This document shows positions 8,536 to 18,391 of a stretch of 64,000 nucleotides of DNA, piece by piece; the stretch's first letter is position 1, and each line of letters begins with the position of its first letter. The position numbers and the translations under genes were made by a program. Under the pieces are notes generated by a model. The model was given only the letters and a program-made list of their open reading frames with translations, was not told the DNA's origin and searched no databases. The stretch is from the NCBI GenBank assembly GCA_016699465.1, contig CP064977.1:138096-202095 (forward strand), given 5' to 3'. Source of the stretch: Candidatus Campbellbacteria bacterium. GTDB taxonomy: Bacteria > Patescibacteriota > Minisyncoccia > Phycocordibacterales > EsbW-18.

Positions 8536-9621
8536 TTACACCCCCTCCTTCTTCAATTCCTCAATGAGCTCCTTAGCATGTTTTGAAAGCTTCTCCGGCA
8601 CGATGAAGTGGACCGTAATGAGTAGTGAACCTCGTTTGTTGTCGCCATGGGGTACACCTTTACCTTTTACGCGAAGTACTTGGTTTGGTTTTACGCCTGC
8701 AGGAATGGTGACATCAATACTGCCGTCGAGTGTTTCAATGGTCTGTACCACACCCGTGAGCGCATCGGTGAGCTTAATGTTTAAATCCATGAGCAAATCA
8801 CTTCCCTGTTTGCTGAATACTTTGTGTGACTCAACGTGTATTTTGACGTACAAATCGCCCGCAGAACCGTTTTGAATTGCTTCACCTCGGCCTGTGAGAC
8901 GAATCATTTCTCCATCTTCAATACCTGCAGGCACAGCAATGCGTACTTCTTCTTGCTCTTTCACAATACCTGTTCCCTTACACTTGTGACATGGTGTTTT
9001 GTACTTCTCCCCTTTGCCGTGGCAGGTGCTACACGTCGTAGTTGTTTGGAAGGTGCCGAAGAGTGATGTGCGTGTTTCGTGAAGCTTCCCTTTGCCGTCA
9101 CATGTTTTGCAGACGTCTTTTTCACTTCCTGGTTCGCCTCCGGTGCCTGTGCAGACACTACAAATGTTGTTCTTCGTAACGAGCACCTTTCTTTCAGTGC
9201 CAAAAATAGATTCTTTGAAGGTGAGCTCTATATCAATGGACACGTCTCGCCCTCGACGAACACGGTTGCGCATACTTCCTGCACCAAAGATGTCGCCAAA
9301 AATATCTCCAATATCAAATTCAAAGTTACCCGCGCCACCTTGTCCTTGGGTGAACTGAGAGAAATCAAAGCCGTCAAATCCAGAGAATCCTTGTGCTCCT
9401 CCTGCATTGTTTGCAAAGCCACTGCCGTACTGATCGTACTGCATGCGCTTGGTGCTATCGGAGAGCACGGAGTATGCTTCGTTGATTTCTTTGAACTTTG
9501 CTTCGTTGCCTCCCTTTTTGTCAGGGTGGTGTTCGTGGGCAAGTTTGCGGAACGCCTTTTTAATCTCGTCCTGTGAGGCGTTTCGTTCTACCCCGAGTAC
9601 GTTGTAGTAGTCTTTAGACAT
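8536..9621 (-). CDS. dnaJ: Chaperone DnaJ
   Basis: J-domain with HPD, Gly/Phe-rich linker, four CxxCxGxG zinc-finger repeats. Confidence 0.95.
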   Translation of the reverse strand: MSKDYYNVLGVERNASQDEIKKAFRKLAHEHHPDKKGGNEAKFKEINEAYSVLSDSTKRMQYDQYGSGFANNAGGAQGFSGFDGFDFSQFTQGQGGAGNFEFDIGDIFGDIFGAGSMRNRVRRGRDVSIDIELTFKESIFGTERKVLVTKNNICSVCTGTGGEPGSEKDVCKTCDGKGKLHETRTSLFGTFQTTTTCSTCHGKGEKYKTPCHKCKGTGIVKEQEEVRIAVPAGIEDGEMIRLTGRGEAIQNGSAGDLYVKIHVESHKVFSKQGSDLLMDLNIKLTDALTGVVQTIETLDGSIDVTIPAGVKPNQVLRVKGKGVPHGDNKRGSLLITVHFIVPEKLSKHAKELIEELKKEGV

Positions 9622-9725
9622 AGTGTGTAGATTGTAATATGAGACACAAAACTGCAGTTATTGACTTTGTTGGCAATTATAACATAATAGAAACAGGTTG
9701 AACATAGGAAGAATGGAGAAATGGC

Positions 9726-10037
9726 ATGCCAACATATCGGTCATGGGGACAGGTATTCAATCCAAGCTTTCGCCACTCAGGCGGCGATGCATGTCCATCC
9801 TGCCTTTGGGAGTTGAGCGGGTGGGCCCAAGACGGGACCCAACTCCCTAAGGGGTATTGGACATACGTCGTCGGCTTTACGCTCGATGCACCACCTTCTG
9901 TGTGGCCCGACATTGTTGTCGGTGCGCTCATCATCGAGTGTCCACAGTGTTTCGAGAAGTTCTGGTTTCACTGTACGAAGGAAATGCTGAAAACCGCCGT
10001 CAGGCTGGGCGCCTGGCCCCCAGCGAATTCCGACTAA
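9726..10037 (+). CDS. GC-rich small hypothetical protein with two CxxC motifs (CPSC, CPQC), antisense to the heat-shock operon
   Basis: GGAG Shine-Dalgarno 8 nt upstream of the ATG, own hairpin plus T-run terminator at 10024-10067, GC content clearly above flanks. Confidence 0.35.
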   Translation: MPTYRSWGQVFNPSFRHSGGDACPSCLWELSGWAQDGTQLPKGYWTYVVGFTLDAPPSVWPDIVVGALIIECPQCFEKFWFHCTKEMLKTAVRLGAWPPANSD

Positions 10038-10067
10038 GGGTATATCCCGAGGTCGGAGTTTTTCTTT
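10024..10067 (+). terminator. Hairpin tccgac/gtcgga plus T-run ending the small + strand gene
   Basis: ttccgactaagggtatatcccgaggtcggagtttttctttt. Confidence 0.45.
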
Positions 10068-10285
10068 TAGTATGGGTTTTGACGGCGTTTCTGGCGTAGT
10101 CCTAGCATTCGTGTGCGAGATACGGTATCAACAGTGCGCGCAATAAAGGTGGATGGCGTACGATACGTCGGTCGTCCTTTCTTTGAACCAACTTTAGAGT
10201 GAACCTTCATGAATACAATAACAAATATCAAATTTCAAATAACAAAGGAATGTACTTTTTGCTATTGGATATTTGACATTGGACA

Positions 10286-12178
10286 TTACGATTTATCGTT
10301 GCTTTCTTCTGAATTTACGTCTGTAGGTTCTTCTTTCTTTTCAGCACCGCCTTCAGCAGGTGCACCTTGCTCAGGTTGCGCCTTACTCATTGCCTCACCA
10401 ATCTTTTGCATCTCATTTGAAAGCTCAGTTGTAACTCCTGTGATGAGAGCGATATCTGTTCCTTCGAGTGCCTTTTTGAGAGCGTCTATTTTAACTCGGA
10501 CACCACTTGCAACATCGGCTGGAACCTTGTCACCTGCATCTACAAGTGCCTTGTCTGCGAGTGCAATAAAGTGATCAGCATTGTTGCGTGCGTCTGCAAG
10601 CTCTTTCTTTTTCTTGTCTTCGTCAGCATGCTTCTCTGCGTCTGCCTGCATGCGCTTGATATCGTCTTCTGAGAGAGCTCCACTTCCTTCAATTTTGATG
10701 GATTGCTCTTTGCCTGATGTTTTGTCCTTTGCCTTCACTGTGAAGATACCGTTTGCATCAATATCAAAAGATACTTCAATTTGAGGCATACCTCGGCGTG
10801 ATGGTGGAATACCGTCCAAGATAAATCGTCCGAGTGTGCGGTTGTCTGTTGCCATTGGTCGCTCACCTTGCACCACGTGAATTTCAACAGATGTTTGGTT
10901 GTCGGATGCTGTTGAGAATACCTGTGACTTACTTGCGGGAATGGTTGTGTTCTTATCAATCAATTTTGTGGCAACTCCACCGAGTGTTTCAATACCAAGT
11001 GAGAGTGGTGTCACGTCGAGCAAGAGCACGTCACGAACGTCTCCTTGCAAGATTCCAGCTTGAATTGCTGCACCAACAGCCACCACTTCATCAGGGTTGA
11101 TGTTTCGGTTTGGTTCCTTGCCAAAGAACTCTTTAACAGCGTTTTGAATTGCTGGCATGCGTGTCTGTCCTCCAACGAGCACGACTTCATCAATTTCAGC
11201 AATTTTGAATGGAGAATCTCCCATCACTTGTTTGGTAATGGTGATAGCGCGATCAACAAATTCTTGAGCAATTTCTTCAAGTTTTGAACGAGTGATTTTG
11301 AGCAAGAGGTGACGAGGACCTGAACTGTCTGAGGTAATGAAAGGAATGTTGATTTCAGTGTCTGTGGTTGTTGAGAGCTCGTGTTTTGCCTTTTCTGCAG
11401 CTTCGTCGAGACGCTGGAGTGCGAGTGGGTCCTTTGAAATATCAATACCACTTTCCTTCTTGAACTCATCGACGATGTAGCGAACAATTTTTTGGTCGAT
11501 GTCGCGTCCACCGAGGTGACTGTCTCCTCCTGTTGCCTTTACTTCCACAACGCCATCACCTACTTCGAGTACTGAAATATCAAATGTTCCTCCTCCGAAG
11601 TCGAAGACGACAATCTTTTCGTTAGCTTTCTTATTCAAACCGTAGGCAAGTGCTGCGGCCGTTGGTTCGTTGATGATGCGCAATACCTCAAGACCTGCGA
11701 TTTTACCAGCGTCTTTGGTTGCCTTTCGTTGTGAGTCGTTGAAATATGCAGGAACGGTAATAACTGCTTGTGTGATGGTCTCACCAAGCTTTGCTTCAGC
11801 ATCAGCTTTGAGCTTTGAAAGAATCATTGCTGACACCTCTTCTGGACGGTAGACGCTGTCATTCATTTTGACACCCGCTCCTCCATCCTCTGTTTGTACA
11901 ATTTCAAATGGCACCGCTGTCTTTTCTTTCTTGACGGTATCTTCATCAAAACGGTGTCCCATGAGACGCTTGATGCCGTAAATGGTGTTGCGAGGATTGG
12001 TGACAGCTTGTCGACGTGCAATCAGACCTGCGAGTCGCTCGCCTGTCTTTGAAATAGCTACGACAGATGGTGTGGTGCGTCCTCCTTCGTTGTTTTCAAC
12101 AATACGAGGCTCACCTCCTTCCATAACTGCCATTGCGCTGTTTGTTGTTCCTAGGTCAATACCAAGTACTTTTGCCAT
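10286..12178 (-). CDS. dnaK: Chaperone DnaK (Hsp70)
   Basis: [16 protein letters not shown], full-length 630 aa with acidic C-terminus. Confidence 0.97.
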   Translation of the reverse strand: MAKVLGIDLGTTNSAMAVMEGGEPRIVENNEGGRTTPSVVAISKTGERLAGLIARRQAVTNPRNTIYGIKRLMGHRFDEDTVKKEKTAVPFEIVQTEDGGAGVKMNDSVYRPEEVSAMILSKLKADAEAKLGETITQAVITVPAYFNDSQRKATKDAGKIAGLEVLRIINEPTAAALAYGLNKKANEKIVVFDFGGGTFDISVLEVGDGVVEVKATGGDSHLGGRDIDQKIVRYIVDEFKKESGIDISKDPLALQRLDEAAEKAKHELSTTTDTEINIPFITSDSSGPRHLLLKITRSKLEEIAQEFVDRAITITKQVMGDSPFKIAEIDEVVLVGGQTRMPAIQNAVKEFFGKEPNRNINPDEVVAVGAAIQAGILQGDVRDVLLLDVTPLSLGIETLGGVATKLIDKNTTIPASKSQVFSTASDNQTSVEIHVVQGERPMATDNRTLGRFILDGIPPSRRGMPQIEVSFDIDANGIFTVKAKDKTSGKEQSIKIEGSGALSEDDIKRMQADAEKHADEDKKKKELADARNNADHFIALADKALVDAGDKVPADVASGVRVKIDALKKALEGTDIALITGVTTELSNEMQKIGEAMSKAQPEQGAPAEGGAEKKEEPTDVNSEESNDKS

Positions 12179-12212
12179 ATGTGTGTAGTAAATTTAATTG
12201 CTTGATAATGAA

Positions 12213-12833
12213 TTATTCAAAATGACCAACGCGGACTTTTGGTGCACGAATAAGTTTATCGTGCAGTTGGTACCCTTTTTGTATGACGGAGAGAATTTTA
12301 CCCTCCTCTTTTTCGCTGTCAACAGAAACGGTCTCTGCAGAATCGTGCATGTGCGGATTGAACTGCTCACCGAGAGGGTTGAGTTGTGTCACGCCGTGAT
12401 TGGTGAGAATTGAGAGGAGTTGATTGTAAATATACTCAACACCACGACGCCAGTTTTCTGGTGCCTGGTTCCATGCGTCGACGTTTTGAAATGCCATATC
12501 AAAACTGTCCAAGGCCGGAATGAGCTCAGTGATAACGTCTTCGGTGGCAAGAGACACCATTTTGCGACGGTTGGCGTCTGTTTCTTTCTTGAAGTTAATG
12601 AGGTCTGCTTTTGCTCTCTGCCAACCCTCAAGGTACTCTTGGCGCTCTTTCTGGCACGCTTTAAGCTCTTCACGGAGCGTTTGTATATCTTTTGCGTGAA
12701 ATGATGAAGCCCCCTCTGATTCAATGGTTTCAAAGGTGGTTTCTTCTGTATCAAGCTCTGTCTCAGGAGTATCTTTTTTGTGGTGTGTCATAGAAAAGAC
12801 GTAGGTGTTAGTACACGGACGGTTGCTGTTCAC
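12213..12833 (-). CDS. grpE: Nucleotide exchange factor GrpE (start may be at 12791)
   Basis: Coiled-coil N-terminus plus GrpE C-terminal domain; position upstream of dnaK. Confidence 0.85.
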   Translation of the reverse strand: MNSNRPCTNTYVFSMTHHKKDTPETELDTEETTFETIESEGASSFHAKDIQTLREELKACQKERQEYLEGWQRAKADLINFKKETDANRRKMVSLATEDVITELIPALDSFDMAFQNVDAWNQAPENWRRGVEYIYNQLLSILTNHGVTQLNPLGEQFNPHMHDSAETVSVDSEKEEGKILSVIQKGYQLHDKLIRAPKVRVGHFE

Positions 12834-12849
12834 TAGAGAGCGAACACCT

Positions 12850-12879
12850 GAGTAAACGCTAGTACTCTAGCGTTTACTC
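12850..12879. promoter_or_regulatory. Perfect 13-4-13 palindrome GAGTAAACGCTAG-TACT-CTAGCGTTTACTC between rpsI and grpE; candidate heat-shock operator or U-less terminator; not a CIRCE element
   Basis: Read directly; overlaps the rpsI stop codon, about 60 nt upstream of grpE. Confidence 0.5.
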
Positions 12880-13301
12880 CACTGAGGAGCACGTCGTGCC
12901 TTGCGAAGTCCTGGTTTCTTTCGTTCTACCTTACGAGCATCACGCTTGAGGTATCCGGCCCCCTTGAGAACACCTCGAAATTCTGGGTTGAAGAGAACAA
13001 GCGCACGAGCAATTCCAAGTCGAATCGCCTCAGCTTGTGCGCGAATACCTCCACCCTTCACAACTGCAGTAACGGTCGACTCTTTCATATCAACGAGAGT
13101 AAGCGGATCAGTCACAGAGTGATATAGATCTGGAACTGGGAAAAATTCTTTGTAGGGTCGATCGTTTACCGTGACAGAACCCTTCTGATTTGGAATAAGA
13201 CGAACGCGTGCTTGCGCTTCTTTTCGACGTCCAACGGTCTCAATATAGTGTCCGTCTTTCTTTTTTGTTGTTTTTGTTTCAGTAGTCATATTATTCTTCA
13301 A
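12867..13301 (-). CDS. rpsI: 30S ribosomal protein S9
   Basis: C-terminal GGGIRAQAEAIRLGIARAL ... KARRAPQWSKR. Confidence 0.95.
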   Translation of the reverse strand: MKNNMTTETKTTKKKDGHYIETVGRRKEAQARVRLIPNQKGSVTVNDRPYKEFFPVPDLYHSVTDPLTLVDMKESTVTAVVKGGGIRAQAEAIRLGIARALVLFNPEFRGVLKGAGYLKRDARKVERKKPGLRKARRAPQWSKR

Positions 13302-13644
13302 GAGTGAGCTGCTTTAACATTTTGGCACGAAGTTTGTTGTCGGGAAGCATGCCGTAGACCGCTTTGCGAAGTGCTTCACCATATCCTTTCTTTGTTACAA
13401 GATTTTCGAGTGTTTGACGTCGAAATCCACCTGGATACTGTGTGTGATGTGTGTAATCCTTTGTGCGCAACTTTGTAGCAGAAATATCCATCTTTGATAC
13501 GTTGATAACCTTCACTTCATGTTTTGGATACGTATTTCGTGCGTAGTCAGCTGCGTCTTTACCCTGCAAAATGCGAGCAATTTCAGAAGCGAGGCGACCC
13601 ATTTTTTTGTTTTGTGCGTCAAGCGTTTTCATAGAATTATACAA
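13291..13644 (-). CDS. rplM: 50S ribosomal protein L13
   Basis: GRLASEIARILQGK ... YTHHTQYPGG pattern. Confidence 0.9.
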   Translation of the reverse strand: MYNSMKTLDAQNKKMGRLASEIARILQGKDAADYARNTYPKHEVKVINVSKMDISATKLRTKDYTHHTQYPGGFRRQTLENLVTKKGYGEALRKAVYGMLPDNKLRAKMLKQLTLEE

Positions 13645-13990
13645 ATGAGATTACTCCTTGTGGTGCGGCGTCGCTTGCACGAGTTTCAACTTTGGTGATG
13701 CGTGTGTAGCCACCAGCGCGCTCAACGTATGCTTTTGCTCGTTCAATAAGCTTGTCGGTAACGGTATGATCTGTCGTACCAAGTGTTGCAATGAGATCTC
13801 GACGTACAGCAACTGTCGGATTCTTTGCCTTCGTAACGAGCTTTTCAACAAATGGGCGAATTTCTTTCGCACGTGGAAGAGTCGTCTGCATTGAACCATG
13901 CACGATGAGAGAGGACGCCAAAGAACGCATAAGCGCTAGTCGCTGGTCTTTTTCTCGTCCGAATTTTCGTTGTACGTTACCGTGTCGCAT
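13637..13990 (-). CDS. rplQ: 50S ribosomal protein L17
   Basis: MRHGNVQRKFGREKDQRLALMRSLASSLI ... TTLPRAKEIRPFVEKLVTKAK. Confidence 0.9.
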   Translation of the reverse strand: MRHGNVQRKFGREKDQRLALMRSLASSLIVHGSMQTTLPRAKEIRPFVEKLVTKAKNPTVAVRRDLIATLGTTDHTVTDKLIERAKAYVERAGGYTRITKVETRASDAAPQGVISFV

Positions 13991-13999
13991 AAAAAATAA

Positions 14000-14977
14000 T
14001 TACTGTCGGAGGATAATACCATAGTTTGCAAGGGCTCGGCGAATTTCCTGCAATCCCTTGTCTCCAAGACCTTCAACTTCTAACAAATCAGCTTCTTTCT
14101 TTCGTACGAGACCTCCTACAGTGCGGATGTTTGCACTCGTAAGCGCATTCTCTGTTCGTGTTGAAAGGTCAAGTGATTCAATACGTGTTTTGAGGAATTC
14201 CTTTGCATCTTCATCTGCGTTTTCTGCTTGCGATGTTTCTGTTGTTTCGCCTCCTTTAACTTCGTGCACCACAGCTTCTTCAAAGTTTTCTTCTTGGAAG
14301 CCAACGATTGAACGGAGCTGTTGAATCATAGTACTGATTGATCGTTCAAGTACCGTACGTGGAGCAATTGTACCATCTGTTTCAATAAACATTTTGATGC
14401 GGTTGAAATCTGTTCGATCACCAACGCGCATGTTTTCAACTTCGTAGGTTGCTCGGCGAATAGGTGTGAACGCTGCATCAAGTACGATGGTACCGATTTC
14501 AACACGGTCACGATGAAGGTTTTCCTTTGGAACGTATCCGAGACCTTTTTCAACGTGCATTTCAATCGTAAGTGTGTTTTTTCCTGTAAGCTCGCAAATG
14601 TATGCGTCTGGGTTGAGTACTGTGAGTTGTCCAGGAACGGTAATATCTTTTGCAGTAATGTGTGCTGGGCCCTTTGCGGTCAATGTGACCATTTGTGGCT
14701 CATCTGTTGTCATTTCAAAACGAATTTGTTTGAGGTTAAGCAAAATGTTAACCACATCTTCTTTCACACCCTCAATCGTTGAAAATTCATGAGGAACACC
14801 ATCAATTTTAACTGCGGTAATAGCAGCACCTGGAATAGATGACAAAATGATACGGCGGAGAGAGTTACCAAGCGTGTGGCCATATCCCGGATACAATCCG
14901 TCAATTTGGTACATACCGGCGTTACCTTTCTCGGTGATAACTTTTGGTTGCGATGGCAAATGTATTGTGTAGTCCAT
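14000..14977 (-). CDS. rpoA: DNA-directed RNA polymerase alpha subunit
   Basis: LRRIILSSIPGAAITAVKIDGVPHEFSTIEGV, alpha-CTD at the end. Confidence 0.95.
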   Translation of the reverse strand: MDYTIHLPSQPKVITEKGNAGMYQIDGLYPGYGHTLGNSLRRIILSSIPGAAITAVKIDGVPHEFSTIEGVKEDVVNILLNLKQIRFEMTTDEPQMVTLTAKGPAHITAKDITVPGQLTVLNPDAYICELTGKNTLTIEMHVEKGLGYVPKENLHRDRVEIGTIVLDAAFTPIRRATYEVENMRVGDRTDFNRIKMFIETDGTIAPRTVLERSISTMIQQLRSIVGFQEENFEEAVVHEVKGGETTETSQAENADEDAKEFLKTRIESLDLSTRTENALTSANIRTVGGLVRKKEADLLEVEGLGDKGLQEIRRALANYGIILRQ

Positions 14978-15001
14978 AACTCAATCGTTAATACTAAATG
15001 T

Positions 15002-15616
15002 TTATCGAGAGTAAAACTCGATAACCGCGTTTAAATTAAAACCCGACTGTACTAATTCGAGATGTGGAACTCCGACTATTTTCCACTCCTTCTTTTTTTC
15101 ATCAAATGAAATCCAATTTGGAAGCGTTGCTGTTGGAGTCTTTCCCTCTTCTTGTACAAACAACCTTGATCCCTGACTACCTTCGCGAATTGAAACAACT
15201 TCTCCTTCAGATACGCTGTGGGATGGTACGCGCATTTTCTTTCCACCAATAGTGATGTGACCGTGCGATACCATCTGGCGAGCTGCGCGGTGTGTTGGCG
15301 CAAGACCAATACGTGCAACAACGTTATCAAGGCGCTGTTCGAGTCGTGCGAAAAGGTGTGCAACAGGATTGCCTTTGAGCGCCATTGATTCTTTCACGTA
15401 ACGTGAAAATTGTCGTTCTGAAATACCGTAATAAAAACGAACGCGCTGTTTCTCTTTAAGGGCAATGTTAAATGCTGAAATATTCTTGCGGTGTTTATCC
15501 TTCACCATTGCCTTCTTCTTTCGTGCTTCAGAAAGAGCAAAACGCTCTGTTTGAGTTTGCTCATACACAGAAGGACCGAGACGACGTGCGATTTTAAATT
15601 TTTTTGGTTTCAACAT
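15002..15616 (-). CDS. rpsD: 30S ribosomal protein S4
   Basis: S4 N-terminal basic region plus S4 RNA-binding domain. Confidence 0.93.
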   Translation of the reverse strand: MLKPKKFKIARRLGPSVYEQTQTERFALSEARKKKAMVKDKHRKNISAFNIALKEKQRVRFYYGISERQFSRYVKESMALKGNPVAHLFARLEQRLDNVVARIGLAPTHRAARQMVSHGHITIGGKKMRVPSHSVSEGEVVSIREGSQGSRLFVQEEGKTPTATLPNWISFDEKKKEWKIVGVPHLELVQSGFNLNAVIEFYSR

Positions 15617-15628
15617 ATAAAGGAAAGA

Positions 15629-16060
15629 CTATACACGACGAGGCTTTTTAGGACGTGGACCATTGAATGGAACTGGCGTCTTGTCTTGAATAAATGAAAT
15701 CAATGCTCCGCTTTTTGCCACAAATGAACGGATAGCAGATTCTCGTCCAGAACCAACTCCTTTCACAATGACACCAACTTCACGAATACCAATAAGCTTT
15801 GCGCGATCACCGATAAGTTCTCCAACTTTTGCGGCAGCAAATGGCGTTCCTTTCTTTGCTCCCTTGAAACCGAGAGAACCACTTGATGACCATGTCACCA
15901 CTTTTCCATCAATTGATGTCAATGTTAATTTTGTATTGTTGTACGTTGCCTCAATGTGCACAACACCTTTGTCGAGCTTCTTACGTGCAAGTTTAGATGC
16001 AGCCCCTTGTGCCGATCCTTCTGCTCCTCCTGCTTTTGTTGCAACGCGTTTTTTACCCAT
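15629..16060 (-). CDS. rpsK: 30S ribosomal protein S11
   Basis: C-terminal IREVGVIVKGVGSGRESAIR ... PFNGPRPKKPRRV. Confidence 0.95.
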   Translation of the reverse strand: MGKKRVATKAGGAEGSAQGAASKLARKKLDKGVVHIEATYNNTKLTLTSIDGKVVTWSSSGSLGFKGAKKGTPFAAAKVGELIGDRAKLIGIREVGVIVKGVGSGRESAIRSFVAKSGALISFIQDKTPVPFNGPRPKKPRRV

Positions 16061-16077
16061 ATAAATATTGAAATGGA

Positions 16078-16458
16078 TTACTTGAGTTCAACCTTACGTT
16101 TTCCTGAACCCATAGTCTTACGTACGTTTCCACGAACTGTTCGTGAATTTGTTTTTGTGCGTTGACCACGAACAGGTAGACGGCGACTGTGGCGCATACC
16201 ACGGTATGAACCAGCATCTTTCAATCGCTTAATGTTACCAGACACTTCTCGTTTTAAATCTCCCTCGAGCACGTATCCTTCGAGTGCCTTTCGAATTGTA
16301 TTTTCTTCTGCTTCGGTAAGATCTGCCGCCTTTTTATCTGCAGGAACCTTGGCAACCGCGAGAATCTTGAGCGCGCGCGCACGACCGATACCGTACACTG
16401 CAGTGAGTGCGAATTCCATCTGTTTCTTATCAGGAAGTGTGATACCAGCGATACGCAT
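16078..16458 (-). CDS. rpsM: 30S ribosomal protein S13
   Basis: MRIAGITLPDKKQMEFALTAVYGIGRARA. Confidence 0.95.
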   Translation of the reverse strand: MRIAGITLPDKKQMEFALTAVYGIGRARALKILAVAKVPADKKAADLTEAEENTIRKALEGYVLEGDLKREVSGNIKRLKDAGSYRGMRHSRRLPVRGQRTKTNSRTVRGNVRKTMGSGKRKVELK

Positions 16459-16520
16459 AAATGATATTAGAAATTGAACGTTAAATTAGTTATGTGTTTC
16501 AAACAATGAAGCAAAAAACG

Positions 16521-16634
16521 CTATCCTTGACGCTGTTTGTGTCGAGGATTTTCACACACAACACGAAGATGTCCGTTGCGGCGGACAAGTTTACATTTGA
16601 TACAACGCTTTTTAATGGATGACTTGACTTTCAT
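16521..16634 (-). CDS. rpmJ: 50S ribosomal protein L36 (not in the ORF track; 37 aa)
   Basis: Manual translation of the minus strand gives [37 protein letters not shown] with the L36 C4 zinc ribbon. Confidence 0.85.
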   Translation of the reverse strand: MKVKSSIKKRCIKCKLVRRNGHLRVVCENPRHKQRQG

Positions 16635-16664
16635 AAAAAACTGTTTTCTTTTGACGTTCTTTGT

Positions 16665-16696
16665 AGAGATACAAAAAGGCGTCTAGTCCAGACGTC
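16665..16696 (-). terminator. Hairpin (ggcgtct/agacgtc) plus U-run between infA and rpmJ; terminator or attenuator
   Basis: 7-bp stem with one G-U, followed on the minus strand by tttttgtatc. Confidence 0.35.
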
Positions 16697-16784
16697 TTCG
16701 TAGGACGCATTCGCCCAAAACAGAAAGACCCGAACAGAATAACACAATCATTTTCAGGGCGCAACACCTTCCCTATCCCCACGG

Positions 16785-17039
16785 CTACAGTCGTCGAATA
16801 ATACGTGGTTTGCCGCCATAACTATCAACAAGAAGCTCAACTTTGTCCCCAACGATGATTCTGATGCGGTGGAGACGCATTTTTCCAGCCAAATAGCATA
16901 TAACGATTGGTTTTTCCTCACCTTCGATAGCTGGAAGGTTACTTGAGGGCTTATCAAATTGGACACGAAAATGCGCATTCGCGAGTGCCTCAACGACTGT
17001 CCCTTGGAGTACTTCTGATCCTTCTGGTTGACGTGTCAT
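16785..17039 (-). CDS. infA: Translation initiation factor IF-1 with a short internal insertion
   Basis: QGTVVEALANAHFRVQ ... GKMRLHRIRIIVGDKVELLVDSY S1-like IF-1 signature. Confidence 0.85.
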   Translation of the reverse strand: MTRQPEGSEVLQGTVVEALANAHFRVQFDKPSSNLPAIEGEEKPIVICYLAGKMRLHRIRIIVGDKVELLVDSYGGKPRIIRRL

Positions 17040-17048
17040 GACAATACT

Positions 17049-18359
17049 CTATTCTGTTGCGATGAGAACGTCAATTTTTTCTGGGTTTGACGGGAATGAT
17101 AATCGCCACACAGGACGTATAACCAAGTCTGCATTTTCAATGCCTGTGTACGTAGCAATAACCTCACTTGCAGCCGATCGACTCTTTCCTGCGATATCGC
17201 TTGCGAGTTGTTCTGCGTCAAATTTCCACAACAAATTGGTTGAACCCTGAATCTTAAATTCAATATCTGACAATGTTGAGAACTTTGTTGATGAAGCTGT
17301 TGGTTCGATGACAAGAGCCTTCGGATCCTTGAAGTACACATCACTTCCGTCATATCCTGCAACCATTACGCGAGCAACCATGGCTCCCAATTTTGTTTCA
17401 TCAACGGCCACCAAGGATGCAGTTCCCTTTACACGAACTGAAACCGACGTATCCGTTGCTCCATCTGCATTTGGTAACGTTTGATAACTTGTTTGAACTG
17501 TTGAAGGGACAGGAATAAATCCTTCAGGCACTGCGCCGAGGACTTCATTTTCAAGAGCTGTCTTGAGCTCAGCATTCAAACTATCGTATGCTGCTTTTGT
17601 ATCAGCCGCAGAAGCTGTTTTAACCGTTCCCGCAAACCCACCAGTCATGGGTGTCTTTGAGCGGGCATAGAAACCAGCAAATCGCGGTGCGTCTTTATCT
17701 TTAAATCCCGGAATAGTGAAATCAGAAAGACCGATGTTGTATTTCTCCCCCGCGCTATCTGCAAACACTTCAGCCTCTACACTTCCCGGTACCATATCCC
17801 CTTTTTCGTTTTTGTGCTTACCAGGAACATTAATTGACTCTTTAATGCGGTAAATAAGACCATCTGGCGTTTCAAATCGAGTATTTGTGATGAGTTTTTG
17901 TATTTGGTCGTCAAAATTGTTGTACACAATGATAGTTCCCGATGCAGGGCGCTCAACACGCTCTTGTCCAGTTGCGGCAACTTCTTTGCTCATTTCTTTA
18001 TCAAGAGTAACCATTTCAAATCCAATACCATCAGCTACAGGAGCAAGTGACGCAGTGAAAGTGTGGTCGAGATTAACAAGTACTGATTTTGGATGCACCG
18101 TCACTTTTCCACCCGCAAAAAGTGCACTTGAACTAAAAAAGATAACGAGAATGGCAGCAACAACACCACCCCACACTAGATATTTTTTTGAACCTCGACC
18201 TGTTGAAACAAGAGGAGACGCATTTCGTGGAGGAAGTGTTACGCCAATAGTTTCTGGCGACGCATCACCACTTTCTTCTGGACGAGATGAAAACGTTTGG
18301 GGGCGCTCAATAGAAATATTACGAATTGATTTTTTTTCTGATGGTACAAAGTCCTGCAT
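17049..18359 (-). CDS. Bitopic membrane protein of unknown function (cytoplasmic N-terminal ~60 aa, one TM, large extracytoplasmic domain)
   Basis: TM segment YLVWGGVVAAILVIFFSSSALFA; 436 aa. Confidence 0.4.
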   Translation of the reverse strand: MQDFVPSEKKSIRNISIERPQTFSSRPEESGDASPETIGVTLPPRNASPLVSTGRGSKKYLVWGGVVAAILVIFFSSSALFAGGKVTVHPKSVLVNLDHTFTASLAPVADGIGFEMVTLDKEMSKEVAATGQERVERPASGTIIVYNNFDDQIQKLITNTRFETPDGLIYRIKESINVPGKHKNEKGDMVPGSVEAEVFADSAGEKYNIGLSDFTIPGFKDKDAPRFAGFYARSKTPMTGGFAGTVKTASAADTKAAYDSLNAELKTALENEVLGAVPEGFIPVPSTVQTSYQTLPNADGATDTSVSVRVKGTASLVAVDETKLGAMVARVMVAGYDGSDVYFKDPKALVIEPTASSTKFSTLSDIEFKIQGSTNLLWKFDAEQLASDIAGKSRSAASEVIATYTGIENADLVIRPVWRLSFPSNPEKIDVLIATE

Positions 18360-18391
18360 ACGAGTAGATACTACGTTATAATAATGTGTTG

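Noticed and set aside
9677-9934. Minus-strand 85-aa ORF in the dnaJ-dnaK spacer
   Set aside because: It has no RBS and the overlapping + strand ORF has both an RBS and a terminator. Kept only the + strand call, at low confidence.
9720-10060. Possible structured RNA (RNase P, tmRNA or SRP) in the GC-rich dnaJ-dnaK spacer
   Set aside because: None of the conserved RNase P (GGAAAGUCCGGGCUCC), tmRNA 3' tRNA-like end or SRP domain IV motifs could be found by eye. A cmsearch would settle it.
12179-12212. CIRCE/HrcA operator upstream of dnaK or grpE
   Set aside because: No TTAGCACTC-N9-GAGTGCTAA-like sequence is present. Only the distinct 13-4-13 palindrome was found.
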